A DNA stretch of 60,289 nt from Spirogloea muscicola (lineage: Eukaryota): positions 1,324,548 through 1,384,836 of the forward strand of contig WELB01000009.1 in NCBI GenBank assembly GCA_009602725.1, given 5' to 3'. The notes under the pieces were generated by a model. That model saw nothing but the letters and a program-made list of their open reading frames with translations. It did no database searches and was not told where the DNA came from. The translations under genes were made by a program, and so were the position numbers. How positions within the stretch are numbered: position 1 is the first letter of the stretch; each line of letters starts with the position of its first letter. Of the stretch, positions 1 to 12,504 are shown one piece after another.

Positions 1-1268
1 CCGGCGCCGTCGCGGGCGTCATGGCCGCAGCGACCGCCATGCTGCCGGCGCTCCTCCTGCTGGCGGCGCCGCTGCTGTCGGCGGAGCTGCCGCACGGCGC
101 CCGCACGCAGGTCCGCGACGGGCCGCCGCCATGGCCATGCTAATGACCTCCATTACTGCCTAATGTCGATTCCCACCATGACCTAACCCTAATTGATAGC
201 TAACCTAACCCTAAATCCTGCAGGCGGCAGCCCTGCTGGGGATCGAGGTCACCCATCTCGCCGCTGTTCTCTTGCTTCTCCGCAACGACGCCGTGGCGTA
301 CGGCGCCTTCCCCGCTGCGCGGGACCCATGTGGGCTGATGGGCCGGCGGGGCTGGCTGCCGGCTGCCGCGCTTGGTCTCCTTTGCGCGCTTGCTGCCAAC
401 GCCCTGACCACCCACCTCGTCGACTGCCTCTTCGGGCCAGACGTGAGCATCACAGCCCTCTCGCGGCTCCGCTTCTTTGCAGCCTTGGCCTCGTCTGTAG
501 CGAGGTGTTGAAGAAAAGCTTCGTTGGGCTGCACACTGCAGTCGCAATCGAAAGTCCTGCACATCAGCTGTCTGATTGCTGTTACGGAGCCCCTGACTGC
601 GCAAATGCACCAGCAGACAGGGCCCACGGATTACGCTGGTAATATGGTGGAGCCCTGCTCGCTCGTATTGCTGAATACATCAGTCATACCATCACAATTT
701 CATCGTGATACCATACTTATCTTGCAGGATTGACCCTTGCCCTTACCCAACAGCTATCTTAGAAGCACTGTAATGACATTTAAGTTCTGGTAGCCTTGCC
801 AGCAGAGCCATAGGATAAGCCTGTACCAACCATTCTTTAGCAGAATACTGATCGACCAGATGTCATCTTTCTTGGTCATCCTTGACATTCGTCAGGCCAT
901 GTGCGCAGGTGCTGCGCGCATACATTGCAAGGACGGTGCAGTCGCTGCTCTCAGGCGGCAGCGCAGCGCGCGTCTTGACGGTGGCAGCGGTGTGCGTCGT
1001 CGGCCCACTTAAGGAGGAGCTCCTCTTCAGGCGCTTCCTCCTCGTCTCGCTGACCAAGTGGATGCCCACGTCCGCAGCGCTGTGCGGCAGCGCGCTGGCC
1101 TTTGCTGTCTTGCACGGCTGGCCACGAGCCTTCCTTCCCCTCTCTGCCGCTGGCTGCATCCTCGGAGCAGCATATGCCTGGACGGGCAGCCTCATGGCCC
1201 CCTTCGCCATCCACGGCGCCTACAACGCCATTGCCCTTGCTTTAGTCTGGCGACTCCGGCCCGTCTGA
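1..1268 (+). CDS. CPBP/Abi-family (type II CAAX) intramembrane metalloprotease, 5'-partial, spliced
   Basis: Last exon (~909-1268) has EELLFR, FAVLH and HGAYN, the three CPBP motifs, among hydrophobic segments. Upstream hydrophobic exons <1-110 and 224-442 have GT..AG boundaries. Confidence 0.85.
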
Positions 1269-2378
1269 AGCTTGCCCATCACCTGGCAGGCGGCCCACCT
1301 GCTGCAACTTGGTGATCACGGTTCGTAGACTGACCTTTGAGCTTTATTATCAGAGGGTTTTTGCAAGCCCTTGACTTGTGATTCAATCAGTGCGTGACAT
1401 TCACAAACTTTGGTTGCAGAAGGATGAGGAAGAGGAGCCCCTTTTGCGAGCCGCAAAGTGGCCAACGAGGCACTGACTGGTCATGCCATCTGATGTTGAG
1501 TGCCAAACAACGTCGGTAGGTCAGATGAGCAGGAGATGCACAAGAGTGTCATAACATTCATGCCAAGCGAAGCACTGGCCGTCTGGCTTACTTGTCGACG
1601 CTGTATGGTAGTTGACATCATATGGCATGACAGAAGTCGTGCTATATCACTTCGGTGGCTCACGTGGTTGTTTGACAAGGATGCTGAGTGGCTGCAAGCA
1701 TGGATATGTGAATGCGTGTGCAGCCACCTCAGCATCCTTGTCAGATCACCACAGTTGAGCCACCAATGGCACTAGTAATCGCCTTCAAAGAGCACGGACC
1801 AGACTCGCACATGCAATTTGTTGCTTTTACTTCAATCAAATCCATAACCTTTGGATAGTGGATTTCCTCCTCCCTACACTCTTTTCTCCTGATAGTGCGT
1901 TCACAGCACTTGTCCTTGATCATGCGCACATCACTCGCCAGAGCCCCTCACATCCCCAAGCGGATTATTTCTTTTTACCCTTAACAACCAACTTTGTGGG
2001 GTTCTATTTTGCTAATTTGACCGCTACTCCGTACTTGGTTGGCCACCTGTGGCCTATCTGCGAGGAGAATGCTGCTACATCGCAGCAAATGCACGTACTT
2101 CGAAAAATTGGCAGGGCTTAGCAGAGGTCTTATACCTCTTCTATACCTGTGCATGCAAGTGGGTTCAAATGTTACTTCCTCGTCGAACACCACATCTTAT
2201 ACTGGCTTGTAACGGATATTGAAGTGTGTCACTCCAATCCATGTTAGGTATTTGTTTCAAAACGCAACTCATGTATAATACACTTCGGTGCAACATGTTG
2301 TTTCGCGGTCCCATAAAGAATGGATGCAGTCCAGTGAGGTTCATCACCTATTGTGCAAAGTGCCAGAACTCATCCTGA

Positions 2379-4604
2379 CTAGTCGTCAGGAGTCGGCACA
2401 TCTGGTTCATGGAAATTGGTGGAAGCCTTGGCATGCTCTAGTCTGTCAGCGACAGTATCCCAAGATACTAGATGCTCCAAAAATGTATCAATGTACCTAG
2501 CTCTGTCATTCTGCACACAATTAGCACAACGCCTGGCAGTGTCAGGTCATAAGGCCACGGAACATTTATTACATTGACAGAGGCACTCACGGAAGCATGT
2601 GCAAGGTCCTCTTCAGGCAATCTTACTGCAATCTTACTGTAGAGCAAGTATAATGAGTCATATCTTAAGCAGGCCCTGGTCAGCTTTTGTGAGGCGGGTT
2701 AGGGATTGGGCGCGCACTTGGTAGTCAATGTAGTACGCGTGCTGAAGTACATCAAAGAAGAAACAAAGCAAGGAGCTCAGGTCATGTGCAGCGACAATCT
2801 CCACGCATGGCGAATGCATTACCTCTCTATCAATTGCATCGAAACGGGGGGCATCCATGCAGATTGACAACTTGGACATTTCAGCAACACACACTTGCAG
2901 AGTAATATGCTTCAGAGTATAATGATAGAGCATCGCTCTACTCGTTTGCTGACATTACCTCCCAAACATCCATTGTAAGGAGGGGCTGCAAGACCATAAT
3001 GTGCAAGAACAAGAAGAGATCATTCCTTTCATTATTGAGGCAATGCAACAAGAGAATATATAAGACTGCAATCAGCAGCTTCGCAAGGGGAATGTAAGCT
3101 GGGGGCGCAAGTTACTTACATAATGATTTAGCTGAAGCGGGCTGAGGGCGTTCGGAGTCTTGTCTACCAGCAACTTCCCATCTTTCGCTGTTTTACACAG
3201 ATGTGGCGATATTGAGCTGTGCTTTGTTAGCAAGCAAAGGAACTACTCTCAAGATTTCTCTGTAAGTCGAGTTGTCCATCAGCTTGTTGATACATTGCAC
3301 AGAACAACTGCCACTGCAAGGCACTTACCAGCCAACCAGGCCCAGCCAGAACCAAATTGCGTGAGGCCTGCCTTCTTGAACTCCTCCAAAAAGCTTGTGT
3401 AAGACCCAAAGTCCCGCTCAATCAACTCCAAAAGCTCACCGGTTGGCTTTCCGCCGCCGCCAGGCTTCATGGACTCCCAATAGAATTGGTGATTCCAGGC
3501 CTGCTAGTCAATTGAACCTCGGCATGAGCAAAGCAGGCCGATGGAAAAGCCAGCATCTATGTCCCAAGCCTCGCTACCTCCGGGGCATTGCGTAGCTCAA
3601 CGGCTCACCAGCGCCGACTACGCTTGCGAGGCCATCGATCTTACCCTAGAAATGTAGCCGAAACAAGCAAGTCTATCATACTCCGTGACAGATACAGAAA
3701 CCATAAACGAGAACCCTAAATGCTGCACACAAGCACTTCTGTTCCTGTAAGGGGTTAGCCAAGAGGATCTCATCACAAAACTGCTGCGAAGCCGTGGACG
3801 GAATGTACCTGTCCAGCATTGTTGAATTCAGGTCTAGGGTTGCCCCTGTTGTAGGTGATCCTGACAACCTCCTCGAGCTCAGCCCGCTCCAAGTCCGTGC
3901 CCGCCGTTTGCTTGTTCAGGTTGTCCACGTAAGTCCTGTGGTGCCTCCCCCAGTGGACGTTCAACGTCTCCTCGCTGAGGTGGGGCTCCAGAGCATCCTG
4001 CGGTGTCGCGGCTGCAAGCCCAGATGTCAGGGCGATGAGCAGCCCGCACACCGCGAGGAGACCACAGCTGCTTCAAAATCTACGTGCTGGAGAGGATTTG
4101 AACAGCGACCCCTCAAGTGGTGTATCCTGGCATTAAAATAAACCCTCAAAACTTAGACGCAACATACCGTCATGGTGCACATGACGTAACGGAGCAACTC
4201 TGGAGGCCGCAGAAGCTCAATGGCTGTGTGCCTGTACTGCCGCTTCTAAGGTAAGTAGAAGGCATGGTCACCAGCGCGTAGGGCGGCGGGAGGAGCTCGA
4301 AGGCAGCGCGCGCGGGGGGATGGCTAGACGGCGCTCGCCCGACGCCGGGTACGCGCCCTGGCATCTGTGACGTTGGCGCAACAGCCGCTGGCTGAGCCAT
4401 CGGCGCTTGGATAGACGGCCAGACGGTAGAAGCGAGCGGGACTGGTCGCGCGGACGACGTCCTGACGACCACTCCGAGCGGCTCGAGGGCTCGTCGAGCG
4501 CTGCGTGCACGACGGGCCCTCGCCCGGATGGCCAGCCGGCAAGCTCGCTCACCCGGGAGCGCCGCGGCGGCGGCCACCACAGGGACGCCCTGGCGACGAG
4601 CCAC
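2379..4604 (-). CDS. FSD3: Iron superoxide dismutase, plastid FSD3-like; 5' end uncertain (runs toward gap)
   Basis: Exons: ..4272 ([10 protein letters not shown]), 3997-3809 ([26 protein letters not shown]), 3500-3329 ([26 protein letters not shown]), 3187-3120, 2985-2959 (PLLTMDVWE), 2741-2718 (HAYYIDYQ), 2510-2379 ([17 protein letters not shown]..stop). All are GT-AG and in phase. The NDRA.YI.TFL.HLVSW tail resembles FSD3; the subtype is less certain than the family. Confidence 0.92.
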
Positions 4605-4669
4605 CGCCGCCGGGTGGGCCGCGCGAGGCCAGCATCCTCCGAAGCGCCGCAGCCGGCGGCGGCGGCGGC

Positions 4670-5138
4670 NNNNNNNNNNNNNNNNNNNNNNNNNNNNNNN
4701 NNNNNNNNNNNNNNNNNNNNNNNNNNNNNNNNNNNNNNNNNNNNNNNNNNNNNNNNNNNNNNNNNNNNNNNNNNNNNNNNNNNNNNNNNNNNNNNNNNNN
4801 NNNNNNNNNNNNNNNNNNNNNNNNNNNNNNNNNNNNNNNNNNNNNNNNNNNNNNNNNNNNNNNNNNNNNNNNNNNNNNNNNNNNNNNNNNNNNNNNNNNN
4901 NNNNNNNNNNNNNNNNNNNNNNNNNNNNNNNNNNNNNNNNNNNNNNNNNNNNNNNNNNNNNNNNNNNNNNNNNNNNNNNNNNNNNNNNNNNNNNNNNNNN
5001 NNNNNNNNNNNNNNNNNNNNNNNNNNNNNNNNNNNNNNNNNNNNNNNNNNNNNNNNNNNNNNNNNNNNNNNNNNNNNNNNNNNNNNNNNNNNNNNNNNNN
5101 NNNNNNNNNNNNNNNNNNNNNNNNNNNNNNNNNNNNNN

Positions 5139-5227
<89 letters not shown>
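4670..5227. other. Assembly gap (N 4670-5138) with adjoining poly-T (5139-5227)
   Basis: Run of N followed by a long T homopolymer; covers the region between the divergent SOD and ANTH genes. Confidence 0.95.
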
Positions 5228-5278
5228 CGCCTTCGCCGCCGCGCCCGCCGCCGCGGCGGCCGCCGCGGCCGGGGCGCG

Positions 5279-8200
5279 ATGTCGATGCGCAAGGCCTTCG
5301 GGTCGCTCAAGGACTCCACGCGCGTCGGCCTCGTGAAGATCAACAGCGAGTACAAGGTGCGGCTTCGCAGGCTCTCGCTCCTCCCTGCGCCGGAGCTGCG
5401 CTGCGGCCGGCAAGCCGAGGGATCGCCTCCAGGGCCTCATCGGAGCTGGCCGGAGCTCCGTCGGAGCTGGCAGGCTCTGTCGGTCAGGGGACCTAGTGCA
5501 CGAACTGTGGCTGTCTCGTCATTACTGAGCGGGGACTTGAGACTCCGCGGTGCTCTGTGAAGCTGGATAAGAGTCGTTCGCTGCCACATGAGAGATGACA
5601 TTGGCAGGCCGGTTAAGTACAGCAACAAGATGGTTGATCAGTAGCAGATCCATGGAGGCAAGGCACACGCTTGTGAGACTGGGAAGGACCTGTCTCCAGC
5701 AACGATTACCCTGTTTCGTGTGTTATAAAGCACGGGCTTGCTGTAAAGTGTCGGCCATTAGGTTTCAGTACCTGGTCATGGAGCTGCTTTTCTCACAGTG
5801 AAGTGTGTCGTGGAACAGATACTGGACGTGGCAATTGTGAAGGCCACCAATCATGTGGAGGCTCCACCTAAGGAGAAGCATGTTCGAAGTAAGTTAACGA
5901 GGCAAGGAGCTCGATAATCGTCTCTTTTAGACTTTGTATAGTTGGACACTTAGCCAGGTCTTGCTGACTGAGCAGCAGCAGAGGCTGGACTTCAGAGTCC
6001 TCCTGGCTTCTGAGTCCTACTGGATCTGGATCATTATGTAGTGTGTCCGGACCAAGCCTGGGGTACAATGACCTAGGCAATCATAAAATGCCTGTTCTGG
6101 CGATACTTCTTTGCTCCTGAAGACGATGTCAGAGGAAAAGTTTCAAATTTAGATGCTCGTCAAAGAAGGTGGTCGACTAATAACAAGTATGCTGTTCACC
6201 TATATGCAGCCATCTTTGCAGCCACCTCAGCAGCTAGACCACGTGCAGATGTTGCGTATTGCATCCACGCCCTGGCCAAGCGTCTCTCGAAGACGCATAA
6301 TTGGACGGTATGATTTTCGGACCACAATCTGTCCTAAAGTGGAGATCAGTCCATCACCTTCTTGACTATTAGCATGTTCTTGAGGAGCTTAAGTGTGTGT
6401 GGGGTAGCAGGTTGCATATGCCCAGTATTGTTGAGAAGAGCAGTGTTTGGGTCAGTCCTACTGAGTAACTTCTGCTGCTTCTCGTCCCCTCATCTCTCAC
6501 TTCCAGTTATCTGTTGTATTGGAGCTCAGATTCATTGACACTATTGTTTTGTTCTGTGTCAGGTTGCTCTGAAGACACTGATGGTAATGCACCGAACCCT
6601 ACGAGAAGGGGATCCCACTTTCCGAGAAGAGCTAATAAACTATGGGCGCAATCGAGGCCACATCCTCAACCTGTCCAACTTCAAAGATGACTCCAGTCCT
6701 GTGGGTGAGTTGTTGTCCGACTTGTTTGTGGCTCAGTGTCTGCAGGGGGCTGGCACTGAGGTCAGCTGTATTACCCACATTGTGTATTCAGATCGTACCA
6801 ATTGAGCATGTTGTGGTCAGTAAGGTCTTCTGGATGGAGTAGAGACAAAAGTAGCTGGGACTTAATCTTCTGTCTGTGACAAATTGGTGCATATTATGTA
6901 CATTGGCAGCCTGGGACTGCTCTGCTTGGGTGCGTACGTATGCTTTGTACTTGGAAGAGCGCCTGGAGACCTTCCGGATACTGAAGTATGACGTCGAATC
7001 CGAGCGCTCCACGGTGAGTAGGTGGAGCTGGTCAGCAACTCAGTGGTCTCCTTGGTACCAGCTGTCACAAGAGCAAGATCAGCAATGTGGCAAGAGGTTG
7101 AAAATGGCCTTAACCTGATGTTGGAGGTGGTACTTGGAATCTACTCTTTCTTAAACACCTTGGGTTCATCATGTACCTTCACTCAACTGATAGCTTGATT
7201 TGTTTGTGCAGGGGCACAGCCGAACAAGGGAGCTCGACACTCCAGACCTGCTTGAGCACCTACCAGCACTTCAGCAGATGCTTCACCGATTAATGAACTG
7301 CGAGGTGATTGTGGGCTCTGCTTCATAGATTGTGTGCCTGTTGGGCAGGTCATGAGAGTGTGTTGTAGCTTTCTCACTGACTGAAGTTTCAGTGCGACAC
7401 ATAGTTGCCACCTGGTTGTCAGTGCTTATTGGGCACCATCCATTTGTCATGTATGCAGCCTGAGGGTGCAGCAGTGACCAATCAAGTCATACAGGCAGCC
7501 TTGGGACTGGTGAGAGATTGGATGTGGTCTTGCACTGTATCTGTCTTGTCCCTTTCTACTGATGCCTCCTTATGTAGCTTGTCACTGAGCCAGAGCTGGG
7601 CTGGCTGCCTCCTTTTGACAACACCTGCGGATCACAGATAGACCAAGTTTATCCCAGAAATGGTAGTCTCAAACTGTGGAGTGACAATGCCTTTGCGTTT
7701 TACTGTTTGTGATGTGCAACTCTTATTGGCTTTCCTCTTTCCAGGTGCTTAAGGAGAGCTTCAAGCTGTATCGGGCAATTAATGATGGTATCATCAATCT
7801 AGTCGATAAGGTTAGATGCCGCCCAACTGCTTGCAATTCTAAAGGGTTGCAGCAACTGGGCCTATATGTACCAATTGTAATTTGCACGATCAGAATGCAT
7901 GTCTAGCCACGAGTGTGTCTTCATCGCCTTTTCCTCTCCTGTGCAGTTCTTTGAGATGGCTCGGCATGATGCTTCCAAAGCCCTGGATATATATAAACGA
8001 GCTGGACAGCAGGTTGGCACCTTGTTATGCCTGTGAATGTCATAGGTGTCTATGAAGGCACACTGTGTTGAGTTGCCTGACAAAGGTCAAGCATCCATCC
8101 GCCTAGTCTGTGTTGTACTACCCAAGCTCAAAGAAGGGCTGTCCTGCACACTCTGATCCTTGCAGGCTGAGCGACTGTCAGCGTTTTATGACACATGCAA

Positions 8201-10505
8201 AAGGCTTGATCTTGCGCGCAACTTCCAATTCCCAACTCTTGAGCAGGTATGCTTACAAGTATCTGTGAGAGCCAGTCTTCACCTTGCTAGGGAAGGTCAC
8301 GAGCGTCTGTAAGGATTGCCCGAGGGTTGTGGTTTTGTGGATCTTGTGTCTTGCTTCAAGCAATGAGCATATGTCATTGGTGAATACGTCTTATTAGTGG
8401 CTGCTGCATTCTACCAGTCCATTGCAAGCAACAAGAAGGGCTTGTCACTCTAGCTGCTCTGTGGGGTGGACATCCCTTCCTTCTCTTCAGCTGCTCTGTG
8501 GGGCTGAAAAGCTTCCGTCTTAGCATGTCTACTGTGTATATACCCTGTGCATGCAGCTGACACTGCATCATTCTTATCTGCACTGAGCAGCCGCCGCAAT
8601 CTTTCCTTACAACGATGGAGGAGTACGTGCGGGACGCCCCTCGGGTTGCTCAACCCAAGGAAGCAACTGGAGTGGGTCCTATATGCCTCTCTGTGATGCA
8701 GACCCCCCAAATAGTGTCATTGTGGGAGCTGCACTGCTGACTATGTTGAATGTCTGACGCACGAACTTGGTCAAAGTCTCAAGGTGCTTGGCAGCTGAGG
8801 AAGGGTCGTAAATATCTCTGTCGTTGAGGAAAGTGGTGGTGATGGCTAGATTTGTCCAATTTACAGGACTCTTATGAAGATGACCGCCCTCTCCAAAGGA
8901 GGGCTGGACCTTCGAGTGTTGAGGAGCAAAGGATCCCTCAGGCAGTCCGCAATGGGGCACCCGCACCTCCATCAACGTACAATGCTGATAACAGTGACTT
9001 ACTGGTATACACGCTTATGAGTTAATGGGCTTAATTGTGACCTCTTACAATGTTGCTGCTTCTTGTTGGTCTTGTCTCCTGGTTGTCATGCAGTAGCCAC
9101 TATCATCCTAAGCCACCTAAGGCTGATACGCAATGACTCACTTCGCTCCTCTTCCTCCGCCATTCTTAGCCCGAGGCTTTTGCTCTGTAGTCCCTTCCCT
9201 TTCATCCCTTAGCTGTTTGCATGGAGACATTGCATTCGCTCGACCTGGCCTCAAGCACCCCCCCGTGCACCTTTTCTTTTTACAGGGTATGGGAGACGAC
9301 CCACATCCAAATGCAAATGCGCTCGAGGAAAGCAATGCACTTGCCCTGGCAATTGTACCATCAGGTAAGGGTTCGTCACAGCAGGCGTGCATCAGTGACT
9401 AGTCAGTGGATTGACTTGGTGCCGCATCTGACCTTCCTCTTTCCTTTTCCTGTCTTAGCTTTGTGTATGCAACAAAGCTTTGTATTTAGTTATCCAGTTC
9501 TTGTACGCTAGGTAAAATCAAGCAGCTCCTCCTGTGCGGATGATTGATACACAGGCGGTCCATCAGCCAATGGAGATGTACCTCCGCCACAGGATCAGAC
9601 AACAACAGGGTGGGAGCTTGCACTGGTTTCTGCCCCCAGTCAAAGCACTGCCAATGGGAATGCGCCAGCATTTACTGGCCAGCTGGTGTGTCTCTTGCAC
9701 CTCTTGGGCAAGGCTAGCATTGCTGTGCTTGGTCTGGACTTTGTGCTTGTTCAATCTGCAACTCTGAGCTATCGGAGCAACCTAGTAACTCGCTAGTATG
9801 TCTTCCTAGTCTCACTTGACTGCAATTCTGCCAGTGGTTGCTGGCATTCTGTGTCCCACTCGCTGGGGATGGTGCTTTCCTTACGGCAGATGTGCGTGCT
9901 TCTCCACAGGCCGGCGGGCTAGAGAAATTGACACTAGATAGCTTGTACGAGGATGCCGTCGCTCGCCCGACTGTTCAGTCCTATGCCTACGGAGCTGCAG
10001 GCCAGAACCTGAACACTGGTGCTCAACAAGCAGCCCAGCCCTTCCAACCGCAAGCAGCATATCAGGTTGGGTCCAGAGCAAGCTGTGTGGCTGCCTTGGT
10101 TGCTTGTAGATACGTTTAGCCCCCAAAAGTTGAAGTGCGAGTCGCTTGTACTGCTAGTCTTACAGAGCTTGTTGGCTGTGCTGCGCGCAGGTTCCTCTTG
10201 ACCCGTTCGCAGCATCGTCAAACTATGCGCCCCCACCAACAGTACAGATGGCACACATGGCGCGTCATCAGCAGCAAATGATGGCGCCACAGCAGGGACC
10301 GTACATGCAGCCTCAGATGATGCAGCCGATGCAGCCTGCCTATGGCATGATGCCGGTCGCCGCCAACCCCTACGCCCTCAATCCATATGGGATGCAGCAG
10401 AACCCCTACGCAGCTGTGCCAGGGGCGGCACCCATGCTGGCTCTGCCGGCTCCTCCCACTGCACAATATGCCAACAACCCCTTTGGGAATCCTCACCTAA
10501 TGTGA
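5279..10505 (+). CDS. PICALM: ANTH-domain clathrin assembly protein (AP180/PICALM family), multi-exon
   Basis: ATG 5279 [26 protein letters not shown]. Later exons give [145 protein letters not shown] and NPFG; stop at 10505. Some middle exons are approximate. Confidence 0.95.
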
Positions 10506-11599
10506 GAGCTTGACAAGGAGCTGGGCAAGCCAGCCCTCAAAACCTCAGCACCAAGAGCTATATGCCTTGGTGACGACTGGGCCGGCGAGAGGACGTATTA
10601 TGGCTCGTCTCAGATACGTGTGGAAAGATTAGAGAGGGCTGCTTGAGCATTCACCCTCTAGTGAGCTCAACCTGTCGACTGCAAGTAGCCTGTTACTGGA
10701 GGTGGCTGGCAATGGGCAAGATGTGGAAGGGGAAGCTTCCAGCTGCATCAATCGAATGGTCGCTGCTCCGCGTACTGGGGGACAAGTTGATAAGGTGGTC
10801 ATTTCTACCCACAGTGTGCAATGCTGGAGCAAGCAAGGTGAGGAGTTCGGCAAGGGTGAGGGAGAGCCCTGAGGCCGCATGCCTCAGACGGCCGTGAACG
10901 GTAATAGCCTTGAGCATGGCTCTGACGCTGGCCCCAACACCAGCACAGCTGCTGTCTCTTCACTATGCCCAAATAATGGCTGCTCCTACTATTCACTCCT
11001 CTGCCATGCTCCTGCCCACTTGATTTTGTATGCTGCCCAATATACCAAAGCTGCCGGTGCAAGCCTGGGGTTTCGCTTCCATTTGACAGTAAGCCACTTT
11101 TCAAGCAATGCTGGAGTGTCCTAAAAGTTGGCATCTATACTGTCCTCTGGTTGCCAGTTGTCAATAATCGAAGTGGCATACTTATGCCTACCAAGGCAGC
11201 AAGAGGGCGATACTTCCTACTTGAAGGTGAATAGGACATACTGTGGTCGCAAACAGAAGCAAATGCAAGGCCGTGTTAGTGTCAGCTTGGCTGGCAGTCG
11301 GCCACAAATGGCTGGACACAATCAGGAGGCTGCAACGAGGGCAACACCTCACTATGAGCAGCTCTTGCAATTTCGAGTCATGGTGTACGATGTTAAGGCT
11401 ATCATGCGACAAAGCAGCGCCTATGGCTCAACAATCTCCCCTCAGCTAAACCAGCTGCCCTCAGCAAGCCACTAACACTCTGTTGCGAATTTGATGAGCT
11501 CCTGCAAGCCTGGGGTACAGGTCCTGCCATCTCCAAAGGTCGCGCTGTCATGCAATGTCATGCCAAAGCACAATACTCCCTAAAGAAAAATGTAAGAGA

Positions 11600-12367
11600 G
11601 AAGCTCTCAAAAAGAGAGAAGAGAAAGACCATTCCAACAGAAGCGATGGCTGTGAGAGGCCAGCCCAGAATGAATAATGAACAAACTTCGAAGGGGCCAG
11701 AGAAAGCGCTAAACCACACAGTGACTCAAGTGGCCACGAGGCACTCAGTACCCCCTCTTCTGAGTAAAGCCCAGAAAGTATGGAATAGGTACAAAGGGCC
11801 GGAACGCACTCAAATCACACAGCGAGTAATAGCTTAGTTGACTACAGCGAGTAGGAAAGCTTAGTAACCCCGAGTCAGCCGCAAGTCGGAGCAACTTGCA
11901 GCTGGAAAGTAAGCATATCCAAAGGGGGCGAGGTCGGTGAAAGCCAGCCTGAAAGAATGAACAAGGTCCGTGGGGGCCATAAAGCACTGAAACACACAAC
12001 CAAGCAATTACCACCAAGGATAGTCACTCAGTAACCTCTAGTTAGCAGCCGCAAGTAAGAAAGACTAGCGGCTGAAACAAGTCACCCCGACGAAACTTAG
12101 AAGTAGCAGCCAAAGCGCTGCCTGCCTGCAAGTGCACTGCATGAGCCTGGGAAGGCAGTAAGCTCATCCGAAGGGGGCGAGGGCTGTGGAAAAACAGAAT
12201 AAGACGCTTCCAGGAAAAGGGCAGTGATAGAAGAAGTGGCTCTCCCGATGGGGGCAATGGCTGTAATAAGCCAGCCCGAAAAGAGTTGACGAGGTTCGAA
12301 GGGGCCAAACTACGAAGGGATGAAAATGAACCAAGAAAACTATTTCTAAAGTAAGGCAATGGCTGTG
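11600..12367 (-). mobile_element. Stack of 3'-terminal fragments of CRE-like non-LTR retrotransposons
   Basis: Repeated decayed ORF ends (..RGY*), GGCTG..CAGCC hairpins and CT-rich tails, all on the minus strand and homologous to the 3' end of the 12368-15455 element. Confidence 0.8.
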
Positions 12368-12504
12368 AGAAGAAGGCTCGCCCATAGAGAAAGAGGGGCT
12401 GGCAAAGCCAGCCCAAAAAGAATGGACAATGTCCAAAGCCGAAGAATGAGATGCCGAGGAAGGACTCCTCTACTCTACCAATCACGACAACATACTAGGG
12501 AAGC

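Noticed and set aside
183..214. Telomere-like ctaaccctaa motifs in the first intron
   Set aside because: Only two short degenerate copies near a branch-point region; not a telomeric array.
4268..5560. Long ORFs with poly-Lys/poly-Phe and X runs
   Set aside because: They are artefacts of translating through the N gap and the adjoining poly-T.
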